From Gekko japonicus (lineage: Eukaryota): a DNA stretch of 64,000 bases. The notes beneath the pieces were generated by a model. The model was given only the letters and a program-made list of their open reading frames with translations. It had not been told where the DNA came from and made no database searches. A program made the translations under genes and the position numbers. Where the stretch lies: assembly GCF_001447785.1 (NCBI RefSeq), contig NW_015165850.1:154348-218347 (forward strand), in the 5' to 3' direction. Each line of letters starts with the position of its first letter. The stretch's first letter is position 1. Positions 1-13,194 of this stretch are shown here, in pieces.

Positions 1-110
1 CCTCTGTATCCTGAGTTCCTTCATTGCAACACCCTCCCACTTTCTGACTCAGAGGGCTCAGAGATCTCCATTACAACTCGTATCTGACTAAGGGAGCTTT
101 GACTTTCAAA

Positions 111-857
111 GGCTGCAGCCACACTGGAGGCTTGGTGCAATCTGCCAGCACCTCTATTTGCAGCAGCTTAAATCATCAATGGAAGGGTTAACTAGACAAC
201 ACACCCTGAAGCAGCCTCACTGCACGCTCGCCCCGTGGTTGACCATTCAGATTATTGCTGTGGGGCAACCATGGAGTGGGTGGTCGGTTGGCTTCTTTTT
301 TTTAATGTCTTTTGCATATGTGCATAACTGCTTATTCAAAGCACTGCTCTGTTTTGACAGCTGGAGGAGGCTGCCTCCCTCTTTGAAAAAAACTCATCTT
401 TTCAATTAACCCCTTCCCCACCCTGTGTGCTGCAAAGCTGTAGGCAGAGGAACCAGCATGAAAACAGACAAAGGAGGCTTCTCAGCCTGCCCCCCCCCCA
501 TCTCAGAGGACAGCTGAAAGCTTGCTGGTGTGTATGAAGATGTGGTTATGCATACATCACTGACTGACAAAAAAACCCCAAAGGAGCCAAAAACGGAACA
601 AAACGATCAGACTTCCCAACCGAGCTGAGTTTGCCCAGGGGAGTTCAGACATCCGGAAATGGGGGGGGGGGTGAAAGCACTGATATCCGTAAACACCAGA
701 CTTTCTCCGGTGCCTGATGACTCCACTTCCAATGCGGGGCAGAACAGGGAGGTGACAACTGGGGCACAGAAGGCAAATGTTGATGTCTGATTGTGCTCTT
801 TAAATCTGCAAAGGTACCACAATGATATCAGCGCAGGCCGCTCGTGTAACCGCAGCC
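111..857. mobile_element. PIF/Harbinger-like non-autonomous DNA transposon
   Basis: TIR GGCTGCAGCCACAC / GTGTAACCGCAGCC (11/14); interrupts an older repeat whose halves (to 110, from 858) rejoin. Confidence 0.6.
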
Positions 858-1044
858 AGAAGTTCATACCCCAAAAATATTGTTAGTCTCGAAGGTGCTA
901 TTGGACTCAAATCGATCTGGTTCAATAGTGTATCTTATAAAAGAGAGTTACTAACTCTTCTTTTGTGCCCTGTAGCCTGATATAAAGAAAATAAGCAAAA
1001 AACGCTTTTCCCATTACACTTCACCTGCTTGTTTGTTCTTGATT

Positions 1045-1667
1045 GGTCCCTGCCACACGGCAGGGAATAAGACAGCTTGTACTGTGGCTAATGTGAGCCG
1101 CAGCAAAGTTGGGACGGCGCGGCGGGATCTCACAGATCCCCCGAGCCGCGTCGCAACGCTCCCCGGCACGATCAGATGCCGGGGAGAATGCGACGGTGGG
1201 AAGGGGAGCCTGGCGAACTGCGCATGCTCACACATGCGCAGTTCGGCCAGGAGCCAGGGATGCGCCGGCGCAAGGACGCGCCAGCGATCCCACGGCCAAC
1301 GTTGCTGCTTACTCAACAACTGCCCAATCCACATATGGTAATGGGTAGGCAGATAACCAGAGTAGGGCAGAAGCAACTGCCTCTTTAACAATTGTTTTCA
1401 AAAAAGTTATCACTAATATGAAGTAATTTTCTATTTTATATACAAGTCTTCAAGATAACCAAATACACGGGAACACAGGCCTCCCATTCTATATCTTGAT
1501 AGAACCACCTCGGGAGGTGGTTCTTTTTTGGTGCGGAGCAACCCTGGAAGGGACGGATCCGGGACGGATCCGGCACGCTCCCCAAATGTTGAGGTGGGAT
1601 CGCGCCGGTTTGCTCCGCCCCCTTTCCGTCCCGCTCCCAGCCCAAATGGGCTCGTATGAATAGGGCC
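1045..1667. mobile_element. GC-rich, hairpin-rich non-autonomous DNA transposon (Harbinger-like) containing a foreign 190-bp segment
   Basis: Right end CGTATGAATAGGGCC, ATT on both flanks; internal palindromes CTCCCCGGCA..TGCCGGGGAG, ACTGCGCATG..CATGCGCAGT, AGAACCACCTC-GG-GAGGTGGTTCT. Left TIR is weak. Confidence 0.5.
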
Positions 1668-3201
1668 ATTGTCATGCAACTTTAAGAGACACCGAAACCT
1701 TGCCAGAAAAAAGTGGCAAACCCAGTCCTGTGAGCAGTTTGTCACAGGAAGTTTATTCTTTAGCTCCTTCTTTCTGAACTCTTTGTCTCCCAAGTCTTGT
1801 TGTCTCTTGGTTAGTGTTGCCAACTGCTTGGAGAAAAAGTGTCCTGTCACTTTAATATAGGCTTAATGGGATGGTATCTACCTGTTGATACTAGTTACCT
1901 CCATGGCATGAAAAACTTCAGCTGCCCGTTTTCGCACATAAAGTATCTATTATAAAGGGGCCAGATACTTTTTTCCAGGTATGTTGGCAACTATACTCCT
2001 GGCCTACCTCTTGTTGCCCCTACTGCCTAATCAAACCCACTTTACCCAATTTCTATGGCTTAGTTTTCTGCTGACCACTTGTCACTCCCTCCACCGCACC
2101 TCACCCCCAGCAATATCCAATTCCATCCTGCTGTTTCTAAACCCTGTGGAAGTTTTTCTACACATTTCACTTTCTTGTTTTGATTGTCTTCTCTCACTCC
2201 CTTTTCACAGGTCATAGTTCCACATAAAGTGCCATATGTTTATGTAATAGACACCATTTAACAAAATTCTTTTTTGATATTACACCCATTACAGTGGTTT
2301 TTACCGCCGTTTCAAATAAAGAAGTCATCTTTTACTCTAAAAGTAGTACTGATATCATTTATATTCCACTGGCAAGCTTACATTAAAAGCCAATGGAGAA
2401 AATATTAGACTTGGACTTACCAGGTGACCTTGGACAAGTCATCTACCTACTTACTTGGGTGTTTTGAAGATTAATAAAGATTGTAAAAACAATTTCAACT
2501 CTCCCCACCCCCAGTGTAAACATAAGATAACCCCACAAGACACATTAGAACCCTATTTTCCCTCCTCCTTCCCCTCAGTACATGTATGTGGACACACAAA
2601 GAATGAGTTCACATGGCCATTAAAAGAAATGGGAAATTTGTATATGCTTCACATCTCTTATTTCTGTTCAGTCCAGGAATGTAAACTTGGAGATTGCATT
2701 CCTTGACCAGGTAGGGGGAAAGGAAGAATGAGGATATGTGAATCATGTACAGACCAGTCAATGCTTGCCCTTTTATGAAATGCCAATATGTGTAAACTGA
2801 AAAGAAGGGGGGAAACAGGGCTCTGTTATGCTTTAATGAATCCATCTACTCATCCATGCGAAGAAGGATTGGGGGCTGTATCTACTAAAAGCTCTGTTTA
2901 AATCATCCTTGTGGTTTGCCATGCCTACATACTTAGATTAACAACTCCCTACAGGCAATCACCTGAATGGTCACTACAGCACTCACTTTTCTCTACCACT
3001 GAAGAGCATGAGCCCTGTAAAGCTATGAGCAAGCAGCCAGAATACAATATCTCAGTACTGCTCTTTCTTTAGCCTTCCACATCTTCCAGAAACAGCAATG
3101 AACAAGGTCTGCTCCTTCTCCCAGACCCCCCTCATCCCCCCCCCGCCCTAGCTTAATGCTAAAAGAAGCTACCTTAATGCTTATATAGTTTCCCTGGCAC
3201 A

Positions 3202-3524
3202 TTACTCAACAACTGCCCAATCCACATATGGTAATGGGTAGGCAGATAACCAGAGTAGGGCAGAAGCAACTGCCTCTTTAACAATTGTTTTCGCAAGGAC
3301 GCGCCAGCGATCCCACGGCCAACGTTGCTGCTTACTCAACAACTGCCCAATCCACATATGGTAATGGGTAGGCAGATAACCAGAGTAGGGCAGAAGCAAC
3401 TGCCTCTTTAACAATTGTTTTCAAAAAAGTTATCACTAATATGAAGTAATTTTCTATTTTATATACAAGTCTTCAAGATAACCAAATACACGGGAACACA
3501 GGCCTCCCATTCTATATCTTGATA
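3202..3524 (+). repeat. Exact local duplications (233 bp equal to 1269-1501; 91 bp tandem-like copy)
   Basis: 3292-3524 is identical by eye to 1269-1501; 3202-3292 is identical to 3332-3422 and 1309-1399. Confidence 0.95.
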
Positions 3525-3934
3525 TTTCTTCATTCATGCTAACTGCAGAGGGACAGGGTACCAAGTCTAAGCCCAGTGTTTAAATCCTTATAGGATATGC
3601 ATACAGCTCCACTTAGGAATCCACTGCCAGGCTTTACTGTTAAAGAGGTAATGCCTGATCACTGCAGCTCTACTCAGTTCAGAGATTATATCAATTTAAA
3701 TGCCCAGTGACTGACAGATACACCAATAGAGCACATTTCAAAGTAATCCTATGATTTCTGAAATAATACTGTTCCATAATAATTATCTGTTTTGAATTAT
3801 CATCTACTTTTCTAACTTACTGGAGGGGAAGACATATAGAGGTAGAACAAGATCTCCATAAACCTTTTCAAGAGCCAAAACACAGATGCTGAGATTTGAC
3901 TAAATCTGAAATCAGCATGTCTGTCTGAATGTGT

Positions 3935-4111
3935 GGGTTGGATTCAGCCAGCTTTTCACTCAGTCTCACCCAATTCCCCTCCTTCCTACAGCCCCTATCC
4001 CACATAGCTTTTGTCCATCCAAATCCCATGATCCCCAGTCCAGCCTTTTTGGTAGTCAAAGGGGACTGCCCTTCACTTTTTACCAATGGAAAAGCTACAT
4101 GGATCCAACCC
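3935..4111. mobile_element. 177-bp MITE (TIR GGGTTGGATCCA family)
   Basis: GGGTTGGATTCA...TGGATCCAACCC termini; second copy at 22735-24026. Confidence 0.7.
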
Positions 4112-5008
4112 AACATTTGTAATTTATATGACATTAATAGGATTTTCCCATTATGCATATTTCTAACAAAGCTGTAGGTCCTCACTTCAAAATATCTCTT
4201 CTGCTTCCTTTAAATAGTTATTTTAACTGCAGTAAAACAAACAGAAGACTGAAATAAAAAATGGAAATATGGAATTAGTCACATATGTATTGTATGACTT
4301 GAATGTACTGTACAGCTGAGTCTGCAAAGAACATTCTATTGAATATGGCAGAGTATGGCACCCCAAGTCTGGCAAAACACGGTTTTATGTGCTTACCTCA
4401 TATTTTTTAAAATAATTATAAAAGGATCTTCATAACGTTTTTGCTATGTCAACTTAGTCTCTATCCCTAACAATTAATCTGCCGTTCTCATGCCCAAGGC
4501 CCCTTTACCACCTTTGCATACTTCTTAGAAGACCCGCTTCTCTTATGTAGTTGAGAAGTCCGCATTCCTCATAGATGAAGTATTATCTGACTTTGGATTT
4601 CAGGATGTCTCTGTCATTCTGAAGGTTCTTGCACAAAATCACAGTCCCAGCGCCTGAATACTATGGGTAGCATGCATCGCAGATATAACCCTGGATTTAT
4701 ATGTTCAAGACCTCAATATCTTCCACACAGAAACAGGATTTTGTGGTTTTCCCATTGTTGGTACAGCTGCAGCAGCAACACAGCTTCCATGTGACAGGTT
4801 TCGCCAGTTTCTCTGCCTCAATCCCTTGGAAGTGGCCACCTACCCTCCCGTGGACCACTAGGGCTTTTGATTGTTTAAAATTAGCTCTAGAATATAATTA
4901 TAACAATATATTGTTGCAGCAGTTTCTATGAATTTCCAGCTTTCATATAAAAAAGCAAGTCTCTAGCTCCTTCACTCTTCACAGGGGTTTCCAAATAAGA
5001 GCTGAGGT

Positions 5009-5268
5009 AAGCCTGAACTCTCTCTAAAAGCTAAAACAACTAAACTGAAGCTATCATGCTTTGGTCATATTTTGAGATGACGTCACTAGAAAAGACAATA
5101 ATGCTAGGTAATTTGAAGGCAGCAGGATAAGAGCACGACATCTAGCAAGTCACAGCCCTCAATCTGCAAGACCTGGGCAAGGCTGTTAAAAATAGGACGG
5201 TCTGGAGGACACTAATTCATAGGGTTGCCATAAGTCGGAAGCAACTTGACAGCACTTTACGCACATAC
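5009..5268 (+). mobile_element. RTE-clade LINE 3' fragment
   Basis: Decayed KLKLSCFGHI...SLEKTIMLG..EGSR coding end and 3' terminus AGGGTTGCCATAAGTCGGAAGCAACTTGACAGCAC. Confidence 0.75.
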
Positions 5269-6019
5269 AGCACCCTCCCTTGACCTTTTCCTTATATCTC
5301 TACAAGGGAAGAGGCTATCTTTAAAAAAATTAAAAACTGAGAATTTAGCTGTGTGGTATCTAGTGCCAATTGTTTTTTAAAAAAAATTTTAAAGCATGCA
5401 GCAGGACAAAATTGCTGCTACTGTGACAGGGTCAGGGAAAACAGCTGCCATGTGGGCCAGAAAATCTAAATTTTCCCACCCACACAGCAACCTTCCAGGT
5501 TTTTCTGTGCTCTTTTCCAAAACTTCAGAGCAAAGTTTTGATAAAGGTTGGAGAAAAGCCAGTGAAAGCCCTGGAGGTGCACAAAAGGACCACAATGCTG
5601 TAGGGAACAGGAAACCCCCCACTCCGCAAAAGCACTGCACTCAGGTCAAATAACCCATGGGGAAGACACCCTTGACTTGACAATAATCATGGACACATTT
5701 AAAACTGTGGAGGCTGCGTGGAACTTGAGTTACATGATAGAATTTACCTATCAAAATACTTCAGCTTCAGAAATATCCTTTCTATACAGAGAACATTATT
5801 TTGGCTTCTCTTATATCCAGTTCAAATGTTGTCTTGCACTGAGGAGAAACTCATATCTAATAAATTTTCTACTACTATTCCATTTGTAATTCCATTCATC
5901 AATTTTATTTAATTTACCATACTCTGCAGTAACTGTTTACATTTAGTTTGGCTTAACACTACACTGTGAAGAAAAGCAGATACTATTAAATAAATTATAG
6001 TGTTCTTTGTCTGAAACTG

Positions 6020-6091
6020 TTTTGAGTCCAGTGGCACCTTTAAGATCTACAAAGTTTTATTCAAGGTACGAGCTTTCGTGTGCATGCACAC
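6020..6091 (-). mobile_element. Fragment of a hammerhead-associated Penelope-type short repeat
   Basis: Minus strand GTGTGCATGCACACGAAAGCTCGTACCTTGAATAAA...AAGGTGCCACTGGACTC; related pieces at 84-110/858-915, 18468-18515, 21420-21465 and 21820-21893. Confidence 0.55.
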
Positions 6092-7239
6092 CACTACCCA
6101 CCTGGACTTCTCTAAAACTCTTTGTCTGAAACAGCCATCTTAGGTTATGGAAACTCAAATGCCAATAATTTTCACCACAACCATTAAGAAAAATACTGTG
6201 ATGATATGCTAGGGAAGCTCTTTCTAAACTGTTGCCTAGTTATAGCAGTGGGTGCTCAATCTCCAAAAAGCCCATGGATAAGTATAGGTGAATACTGGCT
6301 TGAGGCACTGTCACATTCTGCCATAAATTCACTTTATTTTAGTTAGTTGTTCTTTATGAAGAAGAAAACAATGTCCATGTCATTTATAAGCATGTGCCTT
6401 TTTTATGCATGATTAGATAAATATTAGGAAAATATGTCACCAAAATACAACTTGAATATTCGTACGTCAATTTTTAATTTTAAGACACTACAACATGGAA
6501 GGAAGGTCTAAGTTTTGAGAAGACTTGAATTTTTCCTTTTAAACTTTTACTACACCAAAGCAATGTTTAAACACCCACAAAGTGTGTTCTTACAGAAAAG
6601 CGTAACTGTCAATCAGATGTTTGGCTGGGCTGAGTTTTCAAAACCCAAGGTTTAGCTCTTCAATGGCACCATTGAAGGTGATAGAATGCAAAAGTGACTA
6701 TTTGTTTGCAAATACCTCTTATTGTTATTATTATAGGTTTTTAACTAAAATACTATTGTATTCATCAATGCATTCTTTATCAGATTTTCAGCATTAGGAC
6801 TTTAGTGGTATCCGATAAAAAAAGTTCATCTACAGAAACTAATTGAATCTGAAAGGCCATTAGACTCAGAGCCATACACCTCCATTTTTAAATCCGAACC
6901 TTACAAATCACACACATCTCAGCAGTCACCTCGAGGTTCTCCAGGTATAATATGGGTTTATTTCACTGTGTGTGGTTTATTACTTGCAGTTTCAAAGTCC
7001 CCCCCCCCATGAAGCCAATCTGATTGGGAAAGTGAGATTACAGCTCCTCAGCCTTCATTTTCCTTGACGCAGTTATCCCAAGGAAACTGCACAAGGTAAT
7101 AACGACTAAATTATTTTTCTTTTAAAAGAAAAGTCCACCGATTACATTTGACAAGATACTGTGCTTACAAACAATAAGTCAATGCAGAAACTGGCTATAA
7201 ACGACATCTCTTATATGCATTGAAATTTGTCCTTCAAAT

Positions 7240-8884
7240 AATAAGGGTCTGGCCGGGAACATATTTTGAAAGCATCTGGTTTTCATATGTACGGGAAAGC
7301 ATTTTTTAAAGGTTTCCTGTTTTGAAGTAACAAAACAGACCCCCAAAAAGCAGAGGGCGACGCCCCAGCGGGTGCAAAAACGACTAGTAGACGCTCAAAA
7401 TGGCGCCTGTAGGGGAGGAGAGCGATCACAGAAACTGCGCAACAAATCCTGGCAGGCAGCCAGACAGCGCCATCTTCTTCTCTCCTGCTCCGTCCACGTC
7501 CTTTCAACACAGCCACACATCAGAGCAAGCCCTCGCAATGTTAACGCGGACACGGATTGGGGAAAAAAAAAGGTGGGGGGGGTGGGGGGTTGAGAGAGAG
7601 AAGCCGCTTTCTTGGCTGGTTTTTCGGAAAGACACAAACACCCCTGAAGTTGTTCAAAACCATGCAATTTAGAGTTTAAGAGACGGGAGAAACAGTCACC
7701 AAAAAAAAAAAAAAAAGGCCTCGTCTTCCATTTGCTTTTTTGCTCAGGTGAGATATTTCACGAATGTACAGTGTCCGAATGTCTAGTTTAAAAAATCTTT
7801 ACAGCGGACGTTACCCATTTACTCCCCTCCACAAATTTCAGTCTCGATACAAAAATAAACAAAATCAACGACCCACCTCAAAATGATCCAACCTTCTACA
7901 GATTTTGAATGAATTCTTTATTTTTCCTCGTCCCGCCCCCACCAGTTTAGTGTAACCATAAATGAAAATCAATTAACAAAAATTACTAGGATGGAAGGCT
8001 AATCCGATCGCAGGTACAGATTCACTGATCAAACGGCAAAAACGAAACAGCGGTTATAGATGTAAAGTATTTATTATTCTTGCAGTTTTAAAATATAAAT
8101 TACAGCGGAATATTTTCTTCGAAATCGGTTTTCTGTTCACCTTAAATCCTACCTAGAATTACATATACCGAAACAATCACCATTTCCATTCCTTGTAACA
8201 ATGACGCATAGACAAGAGATCGGAATAAACTGCAAACAAAGAAAAAACCCGAATAAATAGCACAGAAAAAGCCCATACAAATAAAAATAACGGGGCAAAA
8301 AAATCCAAGACAAAAGGTACAGCCCATGCTGGGAATACAGTGAAAATTATTACAAGACGGTAGAGGTAGTAGACGAAGGCAAATCCAACCAGGGATGGAA
8401 AAGAAAAGAAAAATCCTTGGCAGCCTCACGCCCAGGAGAGAGAAGACGAAGTGTCTCCATTTTCCTGAGGAGGAGGAAGAAAAAGTGCTTCACAGACCAG
8501 AGAGCTTTAGAGAAAAGCAAAGAAACGAGGGGGGGAAAAAGAGGGAGGAGATTTGAAAAGATTATTTTTCTTTCTCCCTCACACACACACACACTCTCGA
8601 TCCCCCTCTTCCTCACACACATACACACACACACCACACTCACAGAGAGACACACTCCTCTTTCTCTCCCCTCTCTTGATGGCCACCAAGGGGGCGTCCA
8701 AAAAAAAAACACAACAACTAATTTTAAACCGGCTCAATCAATGAGTCATTAAAAGAGGGGTTTTTTTTCCCTCCTCTCTCCTGAATTTGCATGGCATCAG
8801 CACGAGAGGGGGAAAAAAACACCCCAAACCTCTCCCCCTCTCTCGCAGCTATCAGCCCAGACCTGAAACCTTATCTGTCCTCCC

Positions 8885-8915
<31 letters not shown>

Positions 8916-9800
8916 CCTCCTTGTCTGTCTCTCCCCCTTTAAGAAACACATTTTTGGAAGTGCCCTCGGTAGCCGCCGCCACCACAACCTCTCGCAGCAA
9001 AAGAAATAAATATTTCATTTCCATGTGAATTAACATCTGCCCACCAAGCACCACCCGCGCAAAATCGCCCTCTTCTTCATCGTCTTCCTCCCTCCCCCCC
9101 CCCCCCCCTCTCTCTCTCTCTAGATATATATTTATATACATAGCCCCAGAGCCAATAGCTCTCTGGGCTGAAACCTAATATCCTGGTTTTGGCAACTCCT
9201 GGTTGTTAATTTGCTCCTCTTTCTTTTCTGTCTGTCTGGAGATAGATTTCCCCCCTCTCTTTTCCCTCCNNNNNNNNNNNNNNNNNNNNNNNNNNNNNNN
9301 NNNNNNNNNNNNNNNNNNNNNNNNNNNNNNNNNNNNNNNNNNNNNNNNNNNNNNNNNNNNNNNNNNNNNNNNNNNNNNNNNNNNNNNNNNNNNNNNNNNN
9401 NNNNNNAGGGGCTGGCAGTGTAAGGGAGAGAGCGAGAGAGCGAGAAAGGGAGGGGGGAGGGAGAGAGAGGGAGAGAGAGAAAGGAAGAGAGAGCGAGTAC
9501 AACCAGCACACAGTGCCGGAGTACCCAGCCACAAGGAGAGGAGATAGGCGCAGACGGCGAGCAGAAAAGAAGCAGCTACCACATTCACATACATTATTAT
9601 GAACACGACTGCCGAACTTTAACTTAGGTTGCCTGTCTTCGCGCTTTATAAAGGTTTTCTTTACAATATAATAGAATCGTCGTGGCTGAGTTCTGTACTT
9701 CAGCGGTATAAACTAGTGACGCTTCCCCCCACCCCACCCCACCCCCCCCCCGTTCCTTCCCAAACTCTTCCTTTTCTATCTTGAAATAACTAGTAGGGCT
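7240..9800 (-). promoter_or_regulatory. CpG-retaining promoter / first-exon region, probably of BICRAL (GLTSCR1L), transcribed leftwards
   Basis: Free of recognisable TEs and CpG-rich against depleted flanks; minus-strand TATATAAA at 9131-9138 with CCAAT at 9152; YY1-type motifs AAAATGGCG 7397 and CGCCATCTT 7468; long CT/GA tracts. Gene identity is inferred from synteny only. Confidence 0.55.
9270..9406. other. Assembly gap (others at 21487-21760, 49241-49341, 61083-61431)
   Basis: Runs of N. Confidence 0.99.
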
Positions 9801-10571
9801 TTCGCTGACAAGAGTGTTATGACCTACAAAGTGTCCCGTCCCCCCACGGAGTTGCATGGTTTTAGAAGAATGGGTGAAGCACTGTTTTAATTTTTAACTC
9901 TTCTTTCTCCTCACTTGCTCACTCCCACCCCTAAACAGGAGGAGTTGAGAAGTTTAGGCCTATATAAAGTAAACTTTTATTCAGTCCTGTCTACACACAT
10001 CTATCTGTGTTAACTATCTTTGCTCCTGACCTTATTGCTGCTGTTACTGCTGGCATTATATGATATTATCAAAGTATGAATCATAGGCTATAATAATATA
10101 AATTAGAAAATTGTAACACAGTAAATTATATTTTGCCTTTTATGTTTAAAAAATCAATTTGTCAAGCAATTTAAAATAATCTAGATTTAATATCTACCTG
10201 TCAGTCTTTTTTGCATAAAAATGGTCACAATTCAACAAACCATTTTCTTTCTCTCTTCAAAGATGTCCATTTTAATGTTTTTGCAAATGAATGAAAATAC
10301 TTTACTTTTTATTAAAAATACATTTCAAAATATTTTACTGCATTTGACAAGATTTTTGTCTTTAGATTTTTGTTATCTTTTTTGAAAACCAAATTTGAAG
10401 ATTGTCTTTAATTGGGAACATTTTTTTAAAAAATAGACCACTTTATACCACATGTGCTTTGTGGATGTTTCAGGAGACAATATAAGAATATGTTGAGATG
10501 TATTTTATTGGAGTTATTTACTGAAGCAAATAGACCCAAAAAAGTGAGACAGATTTCACATATGCCACTTA

Positions 10572-10657
10572 ATTAACATAAGAACATAAGAGAAGCCAAT
10601 GCTGGATGGGCCATTGGCCTGATCCAGCATTGGCTTCTCTAATGTTCTTATGTTAAT
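10572..10657. repeat. Near-perfect palindrome made of two CR1 3' tails
   Basis: 36-bp arms 10572-10607 / 10622-10657, one mismatch, 14-nt loop. Confidence 0.9.
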
Positions 10658-12993
10658 ATGCTTTTTAAAATTTTATTTATATTTACATTTATATCCCGCC
10701 CTCCCCGCCATTCGGCAGGCTCAGGGCAGCTAACGACATATAAAAATACATTAAAATTTCATTAAAACTGTCAGTCAATATAAAACCATACAACTTATAT
10801 TAAAAGATGGCAAATCTCCCCTGCTGTTAATATCAAGTCCAAAAGACAGAAGTACAGTTTTAAATGCACTTGTCCCAGATTTTTAAATCAGTTGATGAAT
10901 ATAAGCATTCTAGTCCTCCAGCCACCATTTTTAACCATTCTTAAATGTGCACATTTGGGGATTGGTCTTTTCCCCCCCAAATTTACCTTGCCTCCCAAAG
11001 TATGGAAATATGCGGGGGAGGGCTTATCAAATTCACCAGACCCTATGACTATCATCACCCTATCTCTCCACTACCCCACCACTTTGGCAAGCTCACGGAA
11101 GCCTTGTGATTGATATAGGAAATCTTAATTTATCCACCTTTCCCCTTTGCTGCTGCTGCTGCTGCTGCTGTTGCTCTATTAAGAGAAAGGAGAATTTTTG
11201 GTTTTAGTTTCCGTCAGTACTGGTGTGCACAATAATACTTTAATTTGTAAAAAATAAAGTGACAGGGCATCATTAAAAAAATACTGATTTTGCCCATTTC
11301 ACTGGAGATCAGAGATGGGAACAGTGAAGGAAAAGCAGTGGGGTGGGTTCAGAGGATGCCTGTGAGACTGCATCCATGTCCAGTGGTAGGAAAGTATGGA
11401 CCAGCATCTGATAAGGGTATTGGGAGAATATTTTCTCTGGGACTAGCTGAACTAACTGAAGATATGATAATTAAAGCAAGAAAACATTAAGTAACTTGTG
11501 AACCATGGTAATGTGCATTAACTGAAGCAGAGGATAATTTTCAAGTGGTAATTAGACTACTTTAAAATGCTTCTGTGGTTTCAGCCTGCACTTTTAACTC
11601 TTTTGATGAGTAAATTTGTTAAGAAAAGAATTATAATGCTGACCAATTTTTATTTAATACATACAGTTTTAGTAAGAAAGCAAATTGATTTGTTCCAGGT
11701 CTGATTTCTGAAAGCCTATGGAGAAATATACCTCCACAACCACATTTTCCTTGAGGATCATGTCCATTCAGTGATATAACATCCCATTAGAAAAGTTGGT
11801 TACAGTTTCTACTAATTAGGGTTTCTGCCTGTCCATTATTTAGCCAGACAAGTAAAGGTTATGAAAATGTATAGTTGGTGTCCAGAGTGATTTCCTATCT
11901 GAATGCTCAGAATCTGGGATTAGCTCTGGAAAGGAGCAGATAGCGAGGGCAGCGGTTTCCCTTCTCTGACCAGCCTTTCCTTGGCTCAGTCTCCTGGCAG
12001 GATTCATGCTTTTGCCACTCAGGTCTGTTTGGAAGCCTGCAGAAGGAAAAAGAGAAAAGAATGGAGAAGATTGGTGAGGACAATATTTTCCCTCATCTCA
12101 TCCTTCTGTTATAACTTGAAATACCTCAAAATTGTATTAACATTGCTACACTTGGCAGCCTAAGTATGTGCCCAGAAGAAAACAAAGAGAAGGCGCAATA
12201 GTACTTGCCCCAAAAGTAAAGTGGAGGGGGAAATGCTTCCCAAAGCAATGTGCTTCCTTCCAAGCAAAGTATGTTTCTTCTCCAGGCTGGCTGCATATTA
12301 AAAATATAATGATGAATTGGACAGAAGATCCATTGGCTCATGCTTTCAAGTGCAGTTCAAAGGCAGCAACACTCACATATCATCTTCCCTGGCATCTGGT
12401 ATTCAAAGGACAGTCACACAGACTTACTTAGTTATTAGGTTAATGGTTGTTGATGGACTTATCCTCCATGACTTGTGACATTCTTTTTAAAAGCCATCTC
12501 AGAATCTGTCTACATTACATGACAACATATGTAACAAATCTCCAAAGGCTGCTTCTGTTAGGGAAATGTAGCTTGGTGGAGGAGAGGGTATGATTTTCAT
12601 TGAAGAAGCAGACGGGAGAGGTCCCACATCCCAACGACTACTTTTCTGCCACAACTTCTCTCCCAACCCCCAGCTTTCCCAGTAGGTTGACATTCAGGAC
12701 ACTTGGCTCCAAAGATGGCGAGGCTACCGCTGATAAATGTTTTAAGGCTGTTAATGGCATTTGCAGAAAGCACACAAGAGAAAACCTTAAGCTCACAGAC
12801 ACAGGAACAGACAGATTTGGGGTAGGGGAGCTTCTAGTTTCCTAGAGCCCCACCCAATATCACATACCTTTATATACCTTCCAGCCCTATCTATGCATGG
12901 AACCTACGACTCCCAGCCATACAGACAGTCCTAAAGGGTCCTTATGTAATTTGGCGCCATAGCTTGCTAGAATTGTATAGATTCTGCATACAA

Positions 12994-13194
12994 GTGGTGG
13001 TGGAGAGTGCCATCAAGTCACAGCTGACTTATGGCAACCCCATGGGGTTTTCAAAGCAAGAGAAGTTCAGAGGTGGTTTGCCATTGCCTGCCTTCACATC
13101 ATGACCCTGGTGTTCCTTGAAGGTCTCCCATTCAAATACTAGCCAGGGCCAACCATGCTTAGCTTCTAAGATCTGACAAGATCAGGGAAGCCTG
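12994..13194 (-). mobile_element. 5S-derived SINE copy
   Basis: Reverse complement of the 15107 family. Confidence 0.75.

Noticed and set aside
4500-4900. Possible BICRAL exon or processed pseudogene
   Set aside because: Minus-strand frames checked contain stops and no protein similarity was recognised.
9132-9606. ORFs spanning N runs (also near 21.5, 49.2 and 61.1 kb)
   Set aside because: Artefacts of assembly gaps and low-complexity sequence.
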